The translations under genes were made by a program, and so were the position numbers. From positions 28,719 through 92,718 of the forward strand of contig JAOAFQ010000191.1 in NCBI GenBank assembly GCA_026416195.1: a DNA stretch of 64,000 nt. Reading direction: 5' to 3'. This DNA is from Candidatus Aminicenantes bacterium (GTDB taxonomy: Bacteria > Acidobacteriota > Aminicenantia > Aminicenantales > CALLJL01). Below, one piece after another: positions 41,372 through 50,772 of the stretch. A model generated the notes under the pieces. The model searched no databases, was not told the DNA's origin, and saw nothing but the letters and a program-made list of their open reading frames with translations. Within the stretch, counting starts at the first letter, position 1, and the number at the start of each line of letters is the position of its first letter.

Positions 41372-43447
41372 TTATTTTTTCATCTCCAAGGCCGAAGAGT
41401 AACTTGATCGCCAGACTAAGAAAAGACCGAGGATCGAAAGAATTATTAAACTTAAAAGATAGGAAGGCTGGCGGAAAAGGGCGGGAAGTTCAACCTCAGC
41501 AAAAGCAAGGGTCGCAAACAAAATACCGATCAGCGCTTCTCCCGCAATCATTCCCGAAGCCAACAATGTTCCCAAATTATTAGCTCTCTCTTTTTTCTCA
41601 GCCTCAAATTTTTTAGCTTCACTCAACTTATCAAGCAGGGCTTTGAAGAGGCCGCCAAGAAAAATAGCAAAAGAAGTATCAATAGGCAGATACATGCCAA
41701 CGGCTATTAACATGGGACTTCGCACTTGCATCAAGATAAAAGCAAAACCCATAAACATGCCGGCCAAAATTAAAATCCATTCTGTTCGGCGCTCAAAAAT
41801 GCCCCGAGCCACAGCGGCCATTAAACTTGCCTGAGGGGCTGGAATCTTTTCGCCGCCAAAACCAGCGTTGGTTTTAAGAATTTCGTTTTGCATCTCAGGC
41901 GGCATTGTTTTAATTTCTTCAAGGAAATAGGTTCGAGCAGGAATACTTTTAATTTGGCCATCATAAGTTATTTCTGTAATTCCAGCTTTTTCCAACTCAG
42001 CAATCTTCATGGTTACCGTTTGTTTGATATTGCCTAAGTGAAGAACAGAAAGAACAAAAAACATAATCAAAGCCGCCGCTATAACCCCAAAAATGTCGCC
42101 AAGTTGCATTTTCCAGGGAGTGCAACCAAGAATATGGCCAGCTTTGAGATCTTGCATCATCTCCCCAGCCACTGAGACCGAAACACAAGTGAAGGCAGCC
42201 ACCACCAGGGCAGCAGAAATGCCATTTACTCCCTGTAACCCAAAAAGAACCATGACAAAAGCCACGATAATCATAACCGAAACAGTTAAACCACTTGTTG
42301 GATTACTGCTGACCCCAATAATCCCCACCAAATACCCAGAGACAGCAGCAAAGACAAAACCAAGCAAAATCATAAGGAGGACTGCCACTAGCGAAGCTGG
42401 TGTATTCTGGGCATAATGATGAAAAATAAAAAAAACGATGAGCGCGACGGCCACAGCCACCGTTATCGCCCACTTAAGATTTAGATCTCGATCAGTCCGA
42501 GGCAACATTGCGGCAATCCCTTTACTGCCTTCCTTCAGCATAGCTAGAGAACGAGCCATCCCTTGGGCTAAACTTTTCCTCATTCGAAAAAGAGTATAAA
42601 AAGCACCCACCAACATGCCGCCGATGGCAATATAGCGGACATAATCCCGCCAGACGCGGGTTATCTCAACTGTCCAATCAGTGACCCGCGCTAAATCTTG
42701 ATAATTAAAAAAGAAAGCTAAAACGGGCGCTAACAAGCCCCAAGCCAAAAGGCCACCACTAAAATTAATTGAGGCCAGCTTAGGCCCAATTATAAAACCT
42801 ACCCCCAGAAAAGCCGGGCTGGCTTCTGGGCCACGAAGAAGCAGCTTGGCCCGACCAACAGAAACTACCTGCTGCCATTTAGCCGCAATCGCTTTAAATT
42901 CAGTCAAAAAAGTAAAAAAAGCACCTAAGGCCATGCCAGTTAAAAGATGGCCAGCTCCTTTAGCTCCTTTTTGGCCAGCTTTATGAATTTCAGCTGCCGC
43001 CACTGATTCAGGGAAAGGCAGCTCCCGATCATTAATAAGAACTCGACGGGTTATGGTGACGAACATTATTCCCAGGACAGCGCCGACAATCAAAATGGCT
43101 GTCGCTCTTAAATAATTTTCAGGTTGGTAAAAAGGAAGCCAGATACCTGTAATGAAAAAGGCTGGTAAGGTAAAGATGGCCCCTGAAGCGACATTACCGC
43201 CTATTGAGCCGACCGTCCGAGCGCAATTTTCCTCGAGAATTGTGCCTCCCAAAGCTTTAATTACCGCCATTCCAATAACGGCCGTAGTATAGGTAGCCGC
43301 AATCGTCATTCCTGCTTTGAGGCCAAGATAAGCATTAGCTGCTCCCATGAAGGCAGCTAAAACGAGGCCAAGCAAAACAGCTCGAAAGGTAAACTCTTTC
43401 ATTTCCATCTCTGGCGGGACTAAAGGTTTAAAACTATTTTCCTCCAT
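41372..43447 (-). CDS. OPT family oligopeptide transporter
   Basis: EFTFRA, NAYLGLKAG, LPFPES, MQDLKAG, PAPQA, ASGMIAGE. Confidence 0.92.
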   Translation of the reverse strand: MEENSFKPLVPPEMEMKEFTFRAVLLGLVLAAFMGAANAYLGLKAGMTIAATYTTAVIGMAVIKALGGTILEENCARTVGSIGGNVASGAIFTLPAFFITGIWLPFYQPENYLRATAILIVGAVLGIMFVTITRRVLINDRELPFPESVAAAEIHKAGQKGAKGAGHLLTGMALGAFFTFLTEFKAIAAKWQQVVSVGRAKLLLRGPEASPAFLGVGFIIGPKLASINFSGGLLAWGLLAPVLAFFFNYQDLARVTDWTVEITRVWRDYVRYIAIGGMLVGAFYTLFRMRKSLAQGMARSLAMLKEGSKGIAAMLPRTDRDLNLKWAITVAVAVALIVFFIFHHYAQNTPASLVAVLLMILLGFVFAAVSGYLVGIIGVSSNPTSGLTVSVMIIVAFVMVLFGLQGVNGISAALVVAAFTCVSVSVAGEMMQDLKAGHILGCTPWKMQLGDIFGVIAAALIMFFVLSVLHLGNIKQTVTMKIAELEKAGITEITYDGQIKSIPARTYFLEEIKTMPPEMQNEILKTNAGFGGEKIPAPQASLMAAVARGIFERRTEWILILAGMFMGFAFILMQVRSPMLIAVGMYLPIDTSFAIFLGGLFKALLDKLSEAKKFEAEKKERANNLGTLLASGMIAGEALIGILFATLAFAEVELPALFRQPSYLLSLIILSILGLFLVWRSSYSSALEMKK

Positions 43448-43607
43448 CTTGATCTCCTTCAATGATCTATAAAAATATCAAGGCATCGAAATTTTATCTT
43501 TTGTCAATTAATGAAGCAACTTCCTTATACCTAAATGAGTTTTCGTCTTTAGGCAATTTAAATTAGTAGAACAAACTTAGGATTTTTATTAAAATAATAG
43601 AAAAAGC

Positions 43608-44813
43608 TTATCGATAAGCGATAAACTCTTTGCCTAAAAGCTCTCGCCCAACAATTATTTTCATTATTTCGACAGTTCCTTCGGCCCAGTAATAGCTGCG
43701 CACACCCCTTAAAGCTAAATGTAAAGGACATTCTTCAGTATAACCAAAAGCGCCGAAACACTGAATGGCTTCATTAATGGCCTCGAAGGCAAAAACTGGG
43801 GCTAACATCTTGGCCTCAGCACATAATCTTGTTGTTTCCCATCTTGATTTTTTTCCTCGCTGCTCTTCTCCATAAGTCCACAAAGCTCGATAGCCGAGGA
43901 GTTTTGCCGCCTCCAACTTAGCCCAGTTTTCAGCCACTTTAAATTGAAGGCCTTCAAATTTACCTATCGGTTGGCCGAAAGCTTGCCTAATTTTCAGGTA
44001 GTCCATTGCCTGAGAAAGAGCGCTTTGAGCCGCACTACTACTCACCACGGCAATTAAAGCTCTGGCTAAATCAAAACCCTCCATGGCATAGTAAAAACCT
44101 TTATTCTCTTGGCCAATTAAGTAATTTTCGGGAATAACTACATCCTCCATCGCAAAGCCACCGGTTGAAATGCCTCGACGACCCCATTCTTCAAGATAAG
44201 TGGGGGAGATACCTCTTGTCCCTTTCACCGGAACATAAAAAAGACTGATTCCTTTAGCTCCCCTTTGGAATTCAGTTTTAGCTAAAGTTACGTAGCCTCC
44301 TCCTTTGGGCAACTGATTCAAGATTTCAGCCAAACCGCTTATAAACATTTTTTCCCCATTTAAAATATAAGCTTTATCGCGCTTGTCAGCCCTTGTTTTA
44401 ATATTAGCCACATCAGAACCAGCTTCGGGCTCAGTTGAAGCAATGCCAAGAAAAGCTTGTCCTTTCGTCACCCAGGGAAGAATAGCCTCTTTGGCCTCTC
44501 TTTGGCCGTATTTATCCAAGACATAGCCCCAGGCACATTGAACAAGGAAAAAAGTCGGAACAGCACAGGAAAAATCAGCTTTGGCCAACTCTTCGGCCAC
44601 TACCCCAGTTGTCACCGGATCAGCCGCTGAGCCTCCAAATTCAGGCGAAACAGTCATTCCCAAAATTCCAAGATCAGCTAATCCCTTGATAATGGAATCC
44701 GGAATTTTTTTCTCTTCATCTATCTTTTTAACATAGGGCTTAATTTCGGCCTGAGCTAGTTCAGCCACGGCCTCTTTGATCATCTTTTGTTCTTCGTTCA
44801 ATTCAAAATCCAT
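43608..44813 (-). CDS. Acyl-CoA dehydrogenase
   Basis: TEPEAGSD, LNGEKMFIS, RQAFGQPIGKF, GAFGY, EGTVEIMK. Confidence 0.93.
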   Translation of the reverse strand: MDFELNEEQKMIKEAVAELAQAEIKPYVKKIDEEKKIPDSIIKGLADLGILGMTVSPEFGGSAADPVTTGVVAEELAKADFSCAVPTFFLVQCAWGYVLDKYGQREAKEAILPWVTKGQAFLGIASTEPEAGSDVANIKTRADKRDKAYILNGEKMFISGLAEILNQLPKGGGYVTLAKTEFQRGAKGISLFYVPVKGTRGISPTYLEEWGRRGISTGGFAMEDVVIPENYLIGQENKGFYYAMEGFDLARALIAVVSSSAAQSALSQAMDYLKIRQAFGQPIGKFEGLQFKVAENWAKLEAAKLLGYRALWTYGEEQRGKKSRWETTRLCAEAKMLAPVFAFEAINEAIQCFGAFGYTEECPLHLALRGVRSYYWAEGTVEIMKIIVGRELLGKEFIAYR

Positions 44814-45073
44814 AGTCTCTCCTTTCTTCATTCAAGCTTTGGCTAGCTATAAGGCCAATTTAACTATTCCATATAAAAAGATCAAATCGAAAGTCTGATT
44901 TGATCAATTCAAAAAATTTTAATTTAGCTCTGTTTGATGATTTAATCTGATAATGCAGGAAAAGCTAGCTATAATTTAATGAAAATTGGCCAAGTCATTG
45001 GATAGTCTATTCGGAAACTGAAGATTGACTAGAATTGACTGTTAAATTTTGATATTTTTTAAAAGACCTTTAG

Positions 45074-46762
45074 ATGGAAAAAGCTAAGCTAAAATTGCCA
45101 GAGTTCTATTTAAAAAATAAAAGAGTTTTGGCTTCTTATCGTCTTCTTAATTGTTTTATTGTGGCCATAAGCTTTCTTAGTTGCCTCTTCTGCCTGTTTT
45201 CTTATTCTTACCCTCCCTCTAAGATTAAAAGCTTAGCCATTACTACTTCCTCTTCTTTAGATTGTCAATCAAATCTACCAAATGATGATAATTTGAAGAT
45301 AGGGTCAGCCCCATCATCTTTTCAATTAGTCGCCTCGCAAGAAAAGAAAAAGGAGCGTTACCTAATTCGAGTGAGAGGAAAAAGAGAAAACCTTCAGACT
45401 TTAACTTCTCGACCTTTGGATTTCGCTACCTCGGCTTTCAAGGATCATCTTGATATTATTGTGACTGAAGATGAACTTACAGAACTCCTTGCCTCGGGCT
45501 TTCAAATTACAATTATTCAACGGGAAACCGAAGCAGCCGCTCAGGGATTTGATCCCCTCTATCACACCTATGAAGAAACCATTGCTTGCCTAAACCAAGC
45601 CGAAATTACCTATCCTCACCTTGCTAAATTATTTGTAATTGGTCAGAGTACACGCTTTGGATTTCCCATTTATGCTCTCAAGATTTCCGATAATGTTGGA
45701 CAAGAAGAAGACGAACCGACTATTTTGATCGACGGTCTCCATCATGCTCGCGAACCTTTGGGCAATGAAATCTGTTTAGCTTTTATTGAATATTTATTAA
45801 ATAATTATGGACGATCGCCAAGAGTAATTAACTGGGTTGACGATTATGAAATTTGGGTTATTCCTATTCTCAATCCTGAAGGTTATAAATATATCGTTGA
45901 TAATAATCTGTCTTCACCTTGGTGGCGTAAAAATTTGAGGGATAATAACCATAATGGCCGGATCGATCCTGACTATGATGGCGTTGACCTTAATCGTAAC
46001 TACGATTATAACTGGATCTATGGCGGCTCCACCAATCCAGCCGATTGGACTTATCGCGGCCCATCGGCTTTTTCTGAAAAGGAAACTCAAGCTAAAAGAG
46101 ATTTGGCCCTTAGACAAAAGTTTGTAGTTTCGGTGACCTATCATAGCTATGGCGAGGAAGTAATGTATTGTTGGTCTTGGCCTAATTCTGGGGCCAGGGC
46201 CCCTGATCATGATCTTATTTATGAAATTGCTTCAGAAATGGCCAAAAGAATAAAAAATGAAGCTGGAACGGGAACATATTCTTTGGCTCGTTTATCTGGG
46301 GCTAACCAAAGTCCAATCTGGATGTATGGAGCTCTTGGCACTCTTGAATTTCTAATTGAAACCGGAACCTCTTTCATTCCCCCTGGCTATAAAATTAAAC
46401 CTATCATTGAGGCCAATCTCGAAGGCCTTTTCTATCTTTTAGATAGATTAAAAGAGTCAGGAATAAGAGGGAAAATTTTAGATTTAATTACCAGGCAACC
46501 ACTTGAGGCTGAAATCTCTGTCTTGGAAATTGACAACTTTCAGTATATCCAACCTCGGACCAATGACCCTCTAACCGGAAGTTTTATTCGTTTACTAAGA
46601 CCGGGAAAATACACCCTTCTCGTCGGTGCGGCTAATTATCTACCCAAATTTATTTCTTTAACTATTGGCCAGGAAATGACTAATCAAGAAATTCTCCTAA
46701 GGCCAGAAAGCTATAACCTCAAGAAAACTGAAAGATTGAGAAAAAATTCAAACTTACCCTAA
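45074..46762 (+). CDS. M14 family zinc carboxypeptidase with C-terminal regulatory-like domain
   Basis: HHARE, NPEG, WRKN, GVDLNRNY, YRGPSAFSEKET, TYHSYG, IETG. Confidence 0.9.
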   Translation: MEKAKLKLPEFYLKNKRVLASYRLLNCFIVAISFLSCLFCLFSYSYPPSKIKSLAITTSSSLDCQSNLPNDDNLKIGSAPSSFQLVASQEKKKERYLIRVRGKRENLQTLTSRPLDFATSAFKDHLDIIVTEDELTELLASGFQITIIQRETEAAAQGFDPLYHTYEETIACLNQAEITYPHLAKLFVIGQSTRFGFPIYALKISDNVGQEEDEPTILIDGLHHAREPLGNEICLAFIEYLLNNYGRSPRVINWVDDYEIWVIPILNPEGYKYIVDNNLSSPWWRKNLRDNNHNGRIDPDYDGVDLNRNYDYNWIYGGSTNPADWTYRGPSAFSEKETQAKRDLALRQKFVVSVTYHSYGEEVMYCWSWPNSGARAPDHDLIYEIASEMAKRIKNEAGTGTYSLARLSGANQSPIWMYGALGTLEFLIETGTSFIPPGYKIKPIIEANLEGLFYLLDRLKESGIRGKILDLITRQPLEAEISVLEIDNFQYIQPRTNDPLTGSFIRLLRPGKYTLLVGAANYLPKFISLTIGQEMTNQEILLRPESYNLKKTERLRKNSNLP

Positions 46763-46884
46763 CTTTATGATTTCAAAATCCTTGTCTTCTTTATCTGGAT
46801 AAAAATTTAATTATTCTTTTCTTTTTCTAATCAATTAAAGTAGAATTTAAATTCCTTGATTGCCTCAATGATAAGGAGGCACTA

Positions 46885-46977
46885 ATGACAAAAGCTGTTT
46901 TGGGACTAATTATCCTTCCGCTGACCATTATTCTTTTGTCTTTTATTTTTGGTCTGAGGAAGGGAGGTTCGAAATGA
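46885..46977 (+). CDS. 30-aa single-TM small protein coupled to the symporter gene
   Basis: AAGGAGG RBS; MTKAVLGLIILPLTIILLSFIFGLRKGGSK*; stop overlaps the symporter ATG (ATGA). Confidence 0.7.
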   Translation: MTKAVLGLIILPLTIILLSFIFGLRKGGSK

Positions 46978-48479
46978 CTCAAACTGTCTTTGCAGTTAAC
47001 ACTTGGACCGTAGTGGCTTTTGTTCTTTATTTAGTCGCGATGGTGGCCATTGGCCTTTTGACCACCCGTTTCTCTTCCTCCGGTCTCGCTGAATTCTTTC
47101 TCGGGGGCCGACAAATGAAATCTTTTGTCGTCGCTTTGGCCGCTGTAACTTCCGGTCGGTCGGCCTGGCTTTTAATTGCCGTGGCTGGTATGGCTTTTAC
47201 GAGGGGGGCATCAGCTATTTGGACAGTTGTAGGTTACATTCTGATGGAACTTTTTCTTTTCCTCGGCCCTGGAAAGAGACTGCGTCGCTTTACTGGCCAA
47301 ATGGACGATTTAACCATTCCTGATTTTTTGGCCAGCCGAATGGCTGATAAAACTCATTTAATAAGAGTCGCCACTGTTCTTCCTATTCTTATCTTTATGG
47401 TCAGCTACGTTTCCGCCCAATTCACCGCCGGGGCCAAGACCTTAGCTGCCAGTTTTGGTTCAAGCCAAACCGTTGGCCTTCTGATCACAGCCGGAATTGT
47501 TGTTTTTTACACGATGATGGGGGGATTTCTCGCTATCTGTCTAACGGATGTGGTTCAAGCCTGTCTAATGATTTTTGCCTTAGTCATTTTGCCTATCATA
47601 GCAATAATTCATCTGGGGGGTCTGACAGTTTTATTTCGCTCTTTAGAGGCTCTTAACCCTCAATTCATTGACCCTTTTGCCCTTTCGGTCGGGACATTTA
47701 TCAGTTTTCTTGGTATCGGCTTTGGCTCACCTGGAAATCCTCACATTTTGAATAAACATATGTCAATTGACGATCCAGAGAAGCTTCCCCGCACAGGCAT
47801 CATTGCAACTTGTTGGAATGTTATTATGGCGTGGGGTTCAGTTTACATTGGTCTGGCTGGCCGAGTTATTTTTAAAGATATAAAAGCCCTACCCAATCAG
47901 GATCCAGAAAATATCTATCCTCTGCTTGCTTCTCAGCATCTTCATCCTTTTATTTACGGGCTAACGATAGCGGCTATCTTTGCCGCTATTATGTCGACAG
48001 CTGACTCTCAGCTTTTAGTGGCCTCCTCTGCTATTGTTCGTGACCTTTATCAAAAAATTTTTGCTATCAAAAAACCTCTCGACCAAAAAAAGCTTGTTTT
48101 TTGGGGGCGAGTAGCTACTTTTCTTCTGGCCATTGTAGCCCTCATCATGGGTTTCATGGCTAAAAAGCTTGTTTTTTATCTTGTTCTTTTTGCATGGGGC
48201 GGCTTAGGAGCTGCTCTTGGTCCGTCCATTCTTCTTTCTCTTTACTGGCCTCGTCTAACCAAATGGGGGGTAATATCAGGGATAATTGTGGGCACTGCTG
48301 TCGAAATAATTTGGTATTCTCAAGCCCAACTAAAAGCCTTAGTTTCCGAATGGGTCCCCGCTACTGGGCTTTCTTTAATAACTGTAATTATTGTTAGCTT
48401 AATGACTAAACCACCAGAACAAGCCGAAGCCTTATTAAAAATTATGTCTGAAAAAACTGAAATAAGTAGAAACCAATAA
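46974..48479 (+). CDS. putP: Sodium/proline symporter
   Basis: FFLGGR, SAWLL, TIPDFL, GFGSPGNPHIL, AAIMSTADSQLL, LFAWGGLGAALGP. Confidence 0.85.
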   Translation: MTQTVFAVNTWTVVAFVLYLVAMVAIGLLTTRFSSSGLAEFFLGGRQMKSFVVALAAVTSGRSAWLLIAVAGMAFTRGASAIWTVVGYILMELFLFLGPGKRLRRFTGQMDDLTIPDFLASRMADKTHLIRVATVLPILIFMVSYVSAQFTAGAKTLAASFGSSQTVGLLITAGIVVFYTMMGGFLAICLTDVVQACLMIFALVILPIIAIIHLGGLTVLFRSLEALNPQFIDPFALSVGTFISFLGIGFGSPGNPHILNKHMSIDDPEKLPRTGIIATCWNVIMAWGSVYIGLAGRVIFKDIKALPNQDPENIYPLLASQHLHPFIYGLTIAAIFAAIMSTADSQLLVASSAIVRDLYQKIFAIKKPLDQKKLVFWGRVATFLLAIVALIMGFMAKKLVFYLVLFAWGGLGAALGPSILLSLYWPRLTKWGVISGIIVGTAVEIIWYSQAQLKALVSEWVPATGLSLITVIIVSLMTKPPEQAEALLKIMSEKTEISRNQ

Positions 48480-48556
48480 ATTAAAAAAATTATTAAAAAA
48501 ACCTAATTTTTAAACTAATTTTAATTTTTAAACAATTATTTTAGAAGGGAGTAACC

Positions 48557-50050
48557 ATGAGAAGAAAATCTTTTCTCTCAAAATGCTCCCCAGGTTTCCT
48601 CTTATCTTTCTTTTTATTAATTTCGGCTTCGGCTCAAGAAATTTCTTTTGACCAATACTTTCAGGACCAGGCCCTTAGACTCGATCTTTACCAAGTAGGA
48701 GAGGCCAAAGAGGAATTTATTACTGTCAATCGTCTATATCTTGAGCCTATTTGGCCTGAATCAAGGAAATATTTAATTCAGCCCTTCAATTACGGTCGTT
48801 ATTTAATCAAACTCTACGATGTTGCTTCGAATCAATTAATTTTTTGTCGAGGTTTTGAATCAGTTTTCGGCGAATACCGAACAACTTCGCCGGCTCTAGC
48901 AGGGATTAAAAAGGTCATGGAACGGTCAATTCGCATTCCCTTTCCGAAAAAGCCCGTTTACTTGGTCATTGAAAAACGCAATCGAAAAAATATTCCTTAT
49001 CCTTTTTTTGAAATGACTATTGACCCAATGGATTATCATATTATTCGTGAATCACCTTCTTTTGGGGATGTTATTATCGAAAAACAAAAAACAGGTTCCC
49101 CTCATCAAAAAGTCGATTTAGTTTTCATTGCTGAGGGTTATTTGGCCGAAGATTTAGACAAATTCAAGGCTGACCTAGACCGCTTTACTGACTATCTTTT
49201 CAAAATTGAGCCTTATAATCGCTATCGGGAAGATTTTAACATCTATGGCATTTTTCGACCTTCACCTGAAAGAGCCGTGGATGAACCTAGACAAAGAGTT
49301 TATAAAAAGACAAATCTCAATGCCTCCTTCAATGCTTTTGACCTTGACCGATATATGCTCATTGACGATAATCACCGACTGCGAGCGATGGCGGCTCAAG
49401 TTCCCTATGATACGATCGTGGTTTTAGTTAATAGTGCCCGATATGGTGGCGGCGGTATTGGCTTCGATTATTGCGTCACCACCACTGATCATCCATCAAG
49501 TCTCCAGGTTTTCATTCATGAATTTGGTCATTCTTTCGCTTATCTGGCCGATGAATATTATCAATCAGAGGTTGCCTACAATGAATTTTATCCTCAGGGG
49601 GTTGAGCCTCTCGAACCTAATATTACAGCTCTTCTCGATCCGACCAACATTAAATGGAAAAAATTGCTTTCGCCGAGCATATCTATTCCTACAGAGTACG
49701 GTAAAGAAAAAATCGAAGCTTTCCAAGCAGAAAGAAGGACACTCCGACAAAGACAAATGGAAGAAATAAATGAAGCCAAAAAGAAGGGAGAACCAGAAAT
49801 AAAAATCAAATTGATTCAAGATAAATATCAGGCCAAAGAAAAAGAAATTTTGGCTAAAATAGAGGCAATAAGAAAAGAATTTGCTCATTTAATTGACAAA
49901 GTCGGAGCGTTTGAAGGCGCTGGTTATGCATCCAAGGGCCTTTATCGACCCCAAATTTATTGTCTCATGGGGTCAACTCAAAAGGGTGAGTTTTGTCAAG
50001 TTTGCCAGTGGGCCATTAAGCAAATAATCGACTTTTACTGCGACCGCTAA
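48557..50050 (+). CDS. Peptidase M64 (IgA peptidase-like), secreted
   Basis: Signal peptide, KVDLVFIAEGY, YGGGG, HEFGHSFAYLADEY, FEGAGY..KGLYRP..CLM...FCQVC. Confidence 0.9.
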   Translation: MRRKSFLSKCSPGFLLSFFLLISASAQEISFDQYFQDQALRLDLYQVGEAKEEFITVNRLYLEPIWPESRKYLIQPFNYGRYLIKLYDVASNQLIFCRGFESVFGEYRTTSPALAGIKKVMERSIRIPFPKKPVYLVIEKRNRKNIPYPFFEMTIDPMDYHIIRESPSFGDVIIEKQKTGSPHQKVDLVFIAEGYLAEDLDKFKADLDRFTDYLFKIEPYNRYREDFNIYGIFRPSPERAVDEPRQRVYKKTNLNASFNAFDLDRYMLIDDNHRLRAMAAQVPYDTIVVLVNSARYGGGGIGFDYCVTTTDHPSSLQVFIHEFGHSFAYLADEYYQSEVAYNEFYPQGVEPLEPNITALLDPTNIKWKKLLSPSISIPTEYGKEKIEAFQAERRTLRQRQMEEINEAKKKGEPEIKIKLIQDKYQAKEKEILAKIEAIRKEFAHLIDKVGAFEGAGYASKGLYRPQIYCLMGSTQKGEFCQVCQWAIKQIIDFYCDR

Positions 50051-50080
50051 AAGGCGGCCAAAAAACTTCGGCTAACTTGG

Positions 50081-50740
50081 CTACTTCGTATGGATATTTG
50101 TCGCCACCAACTTCCATTTAGGGTGTTCATAAAGATAACCAAGGTCAAAATTGACCTTATATGGTTGAGTGGCATAATATCCCCTGAGTCTCAAAACGCC
50201 ACTATTATCAATCACTGGTGGTTCACTTAACACTGGCGTATGTCCTTGAACGATAGTTAAATCAATTTTTTATTTATAAATTCATGGAAGGCCTGGCGCA
50301 ATGAAACTTCATCTGTCTGGTTTTGCCGTCGCCCAAAAGCCAGAGCGACTCATTAATTAAAGGAGCGAGAACTTCAGGCGAAGGAACTTTTTTTGATTCT
50401 TCAGTTAGTCCAGCTACTTTTCTGGTTAAGTTCAGAATTTTCCATTTCCCTTCTTCTTTTAGGAAATCAATTTCGATCGGTACAACCCTCCCTTCTTTGG
50501 TATGAATTGAACCAATTAGCTTTCCCAGATTATTGTTAATTGATCTTGTTGTCCAGGATGCCCTGGCAAAATTACTTAAGGTTTAAGGTGGTAACTTCGA
50601 GAAATCGGCGAAAAATATCCAAAGAGGTTGAGGCTTGAAATTCTTTGACGATCGAATGATAAGCTTCTTATACGTGGTCAGCCTGAATCAAAGTAAAAAA
50701 TTCTTCAGCTGATTTGGCCACATCCTTGGTCGCTTTGTCT
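50081..50740 (-). pseudogene. Frameshifted DUF4864/NTF2-like two-domain protein
   Basis: Pieces AEEFFTLIQADHV*EAYHSIVKEFQASTSLDIFRRFL, ASWTTRSINNNLGKLIGSIHTK, PIEIDFLKEEGKWKI, LRLRGYYATQPYKVNFDLGYLYEHPKWKLV..*; in-frame stop at 50668-50670 plus frameshifts; family call tentative. Confidence 0.65.
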
Positions 50741-50772
50741 GTCAATCAAAAAGCATTATTTTGAAAATTAGG

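Noticed and set aside
48480-48545. AT-only quasi-repeats (ctaatttttaaa)
   Set aside because: Low-complexity intergenic sequence with no defined unit
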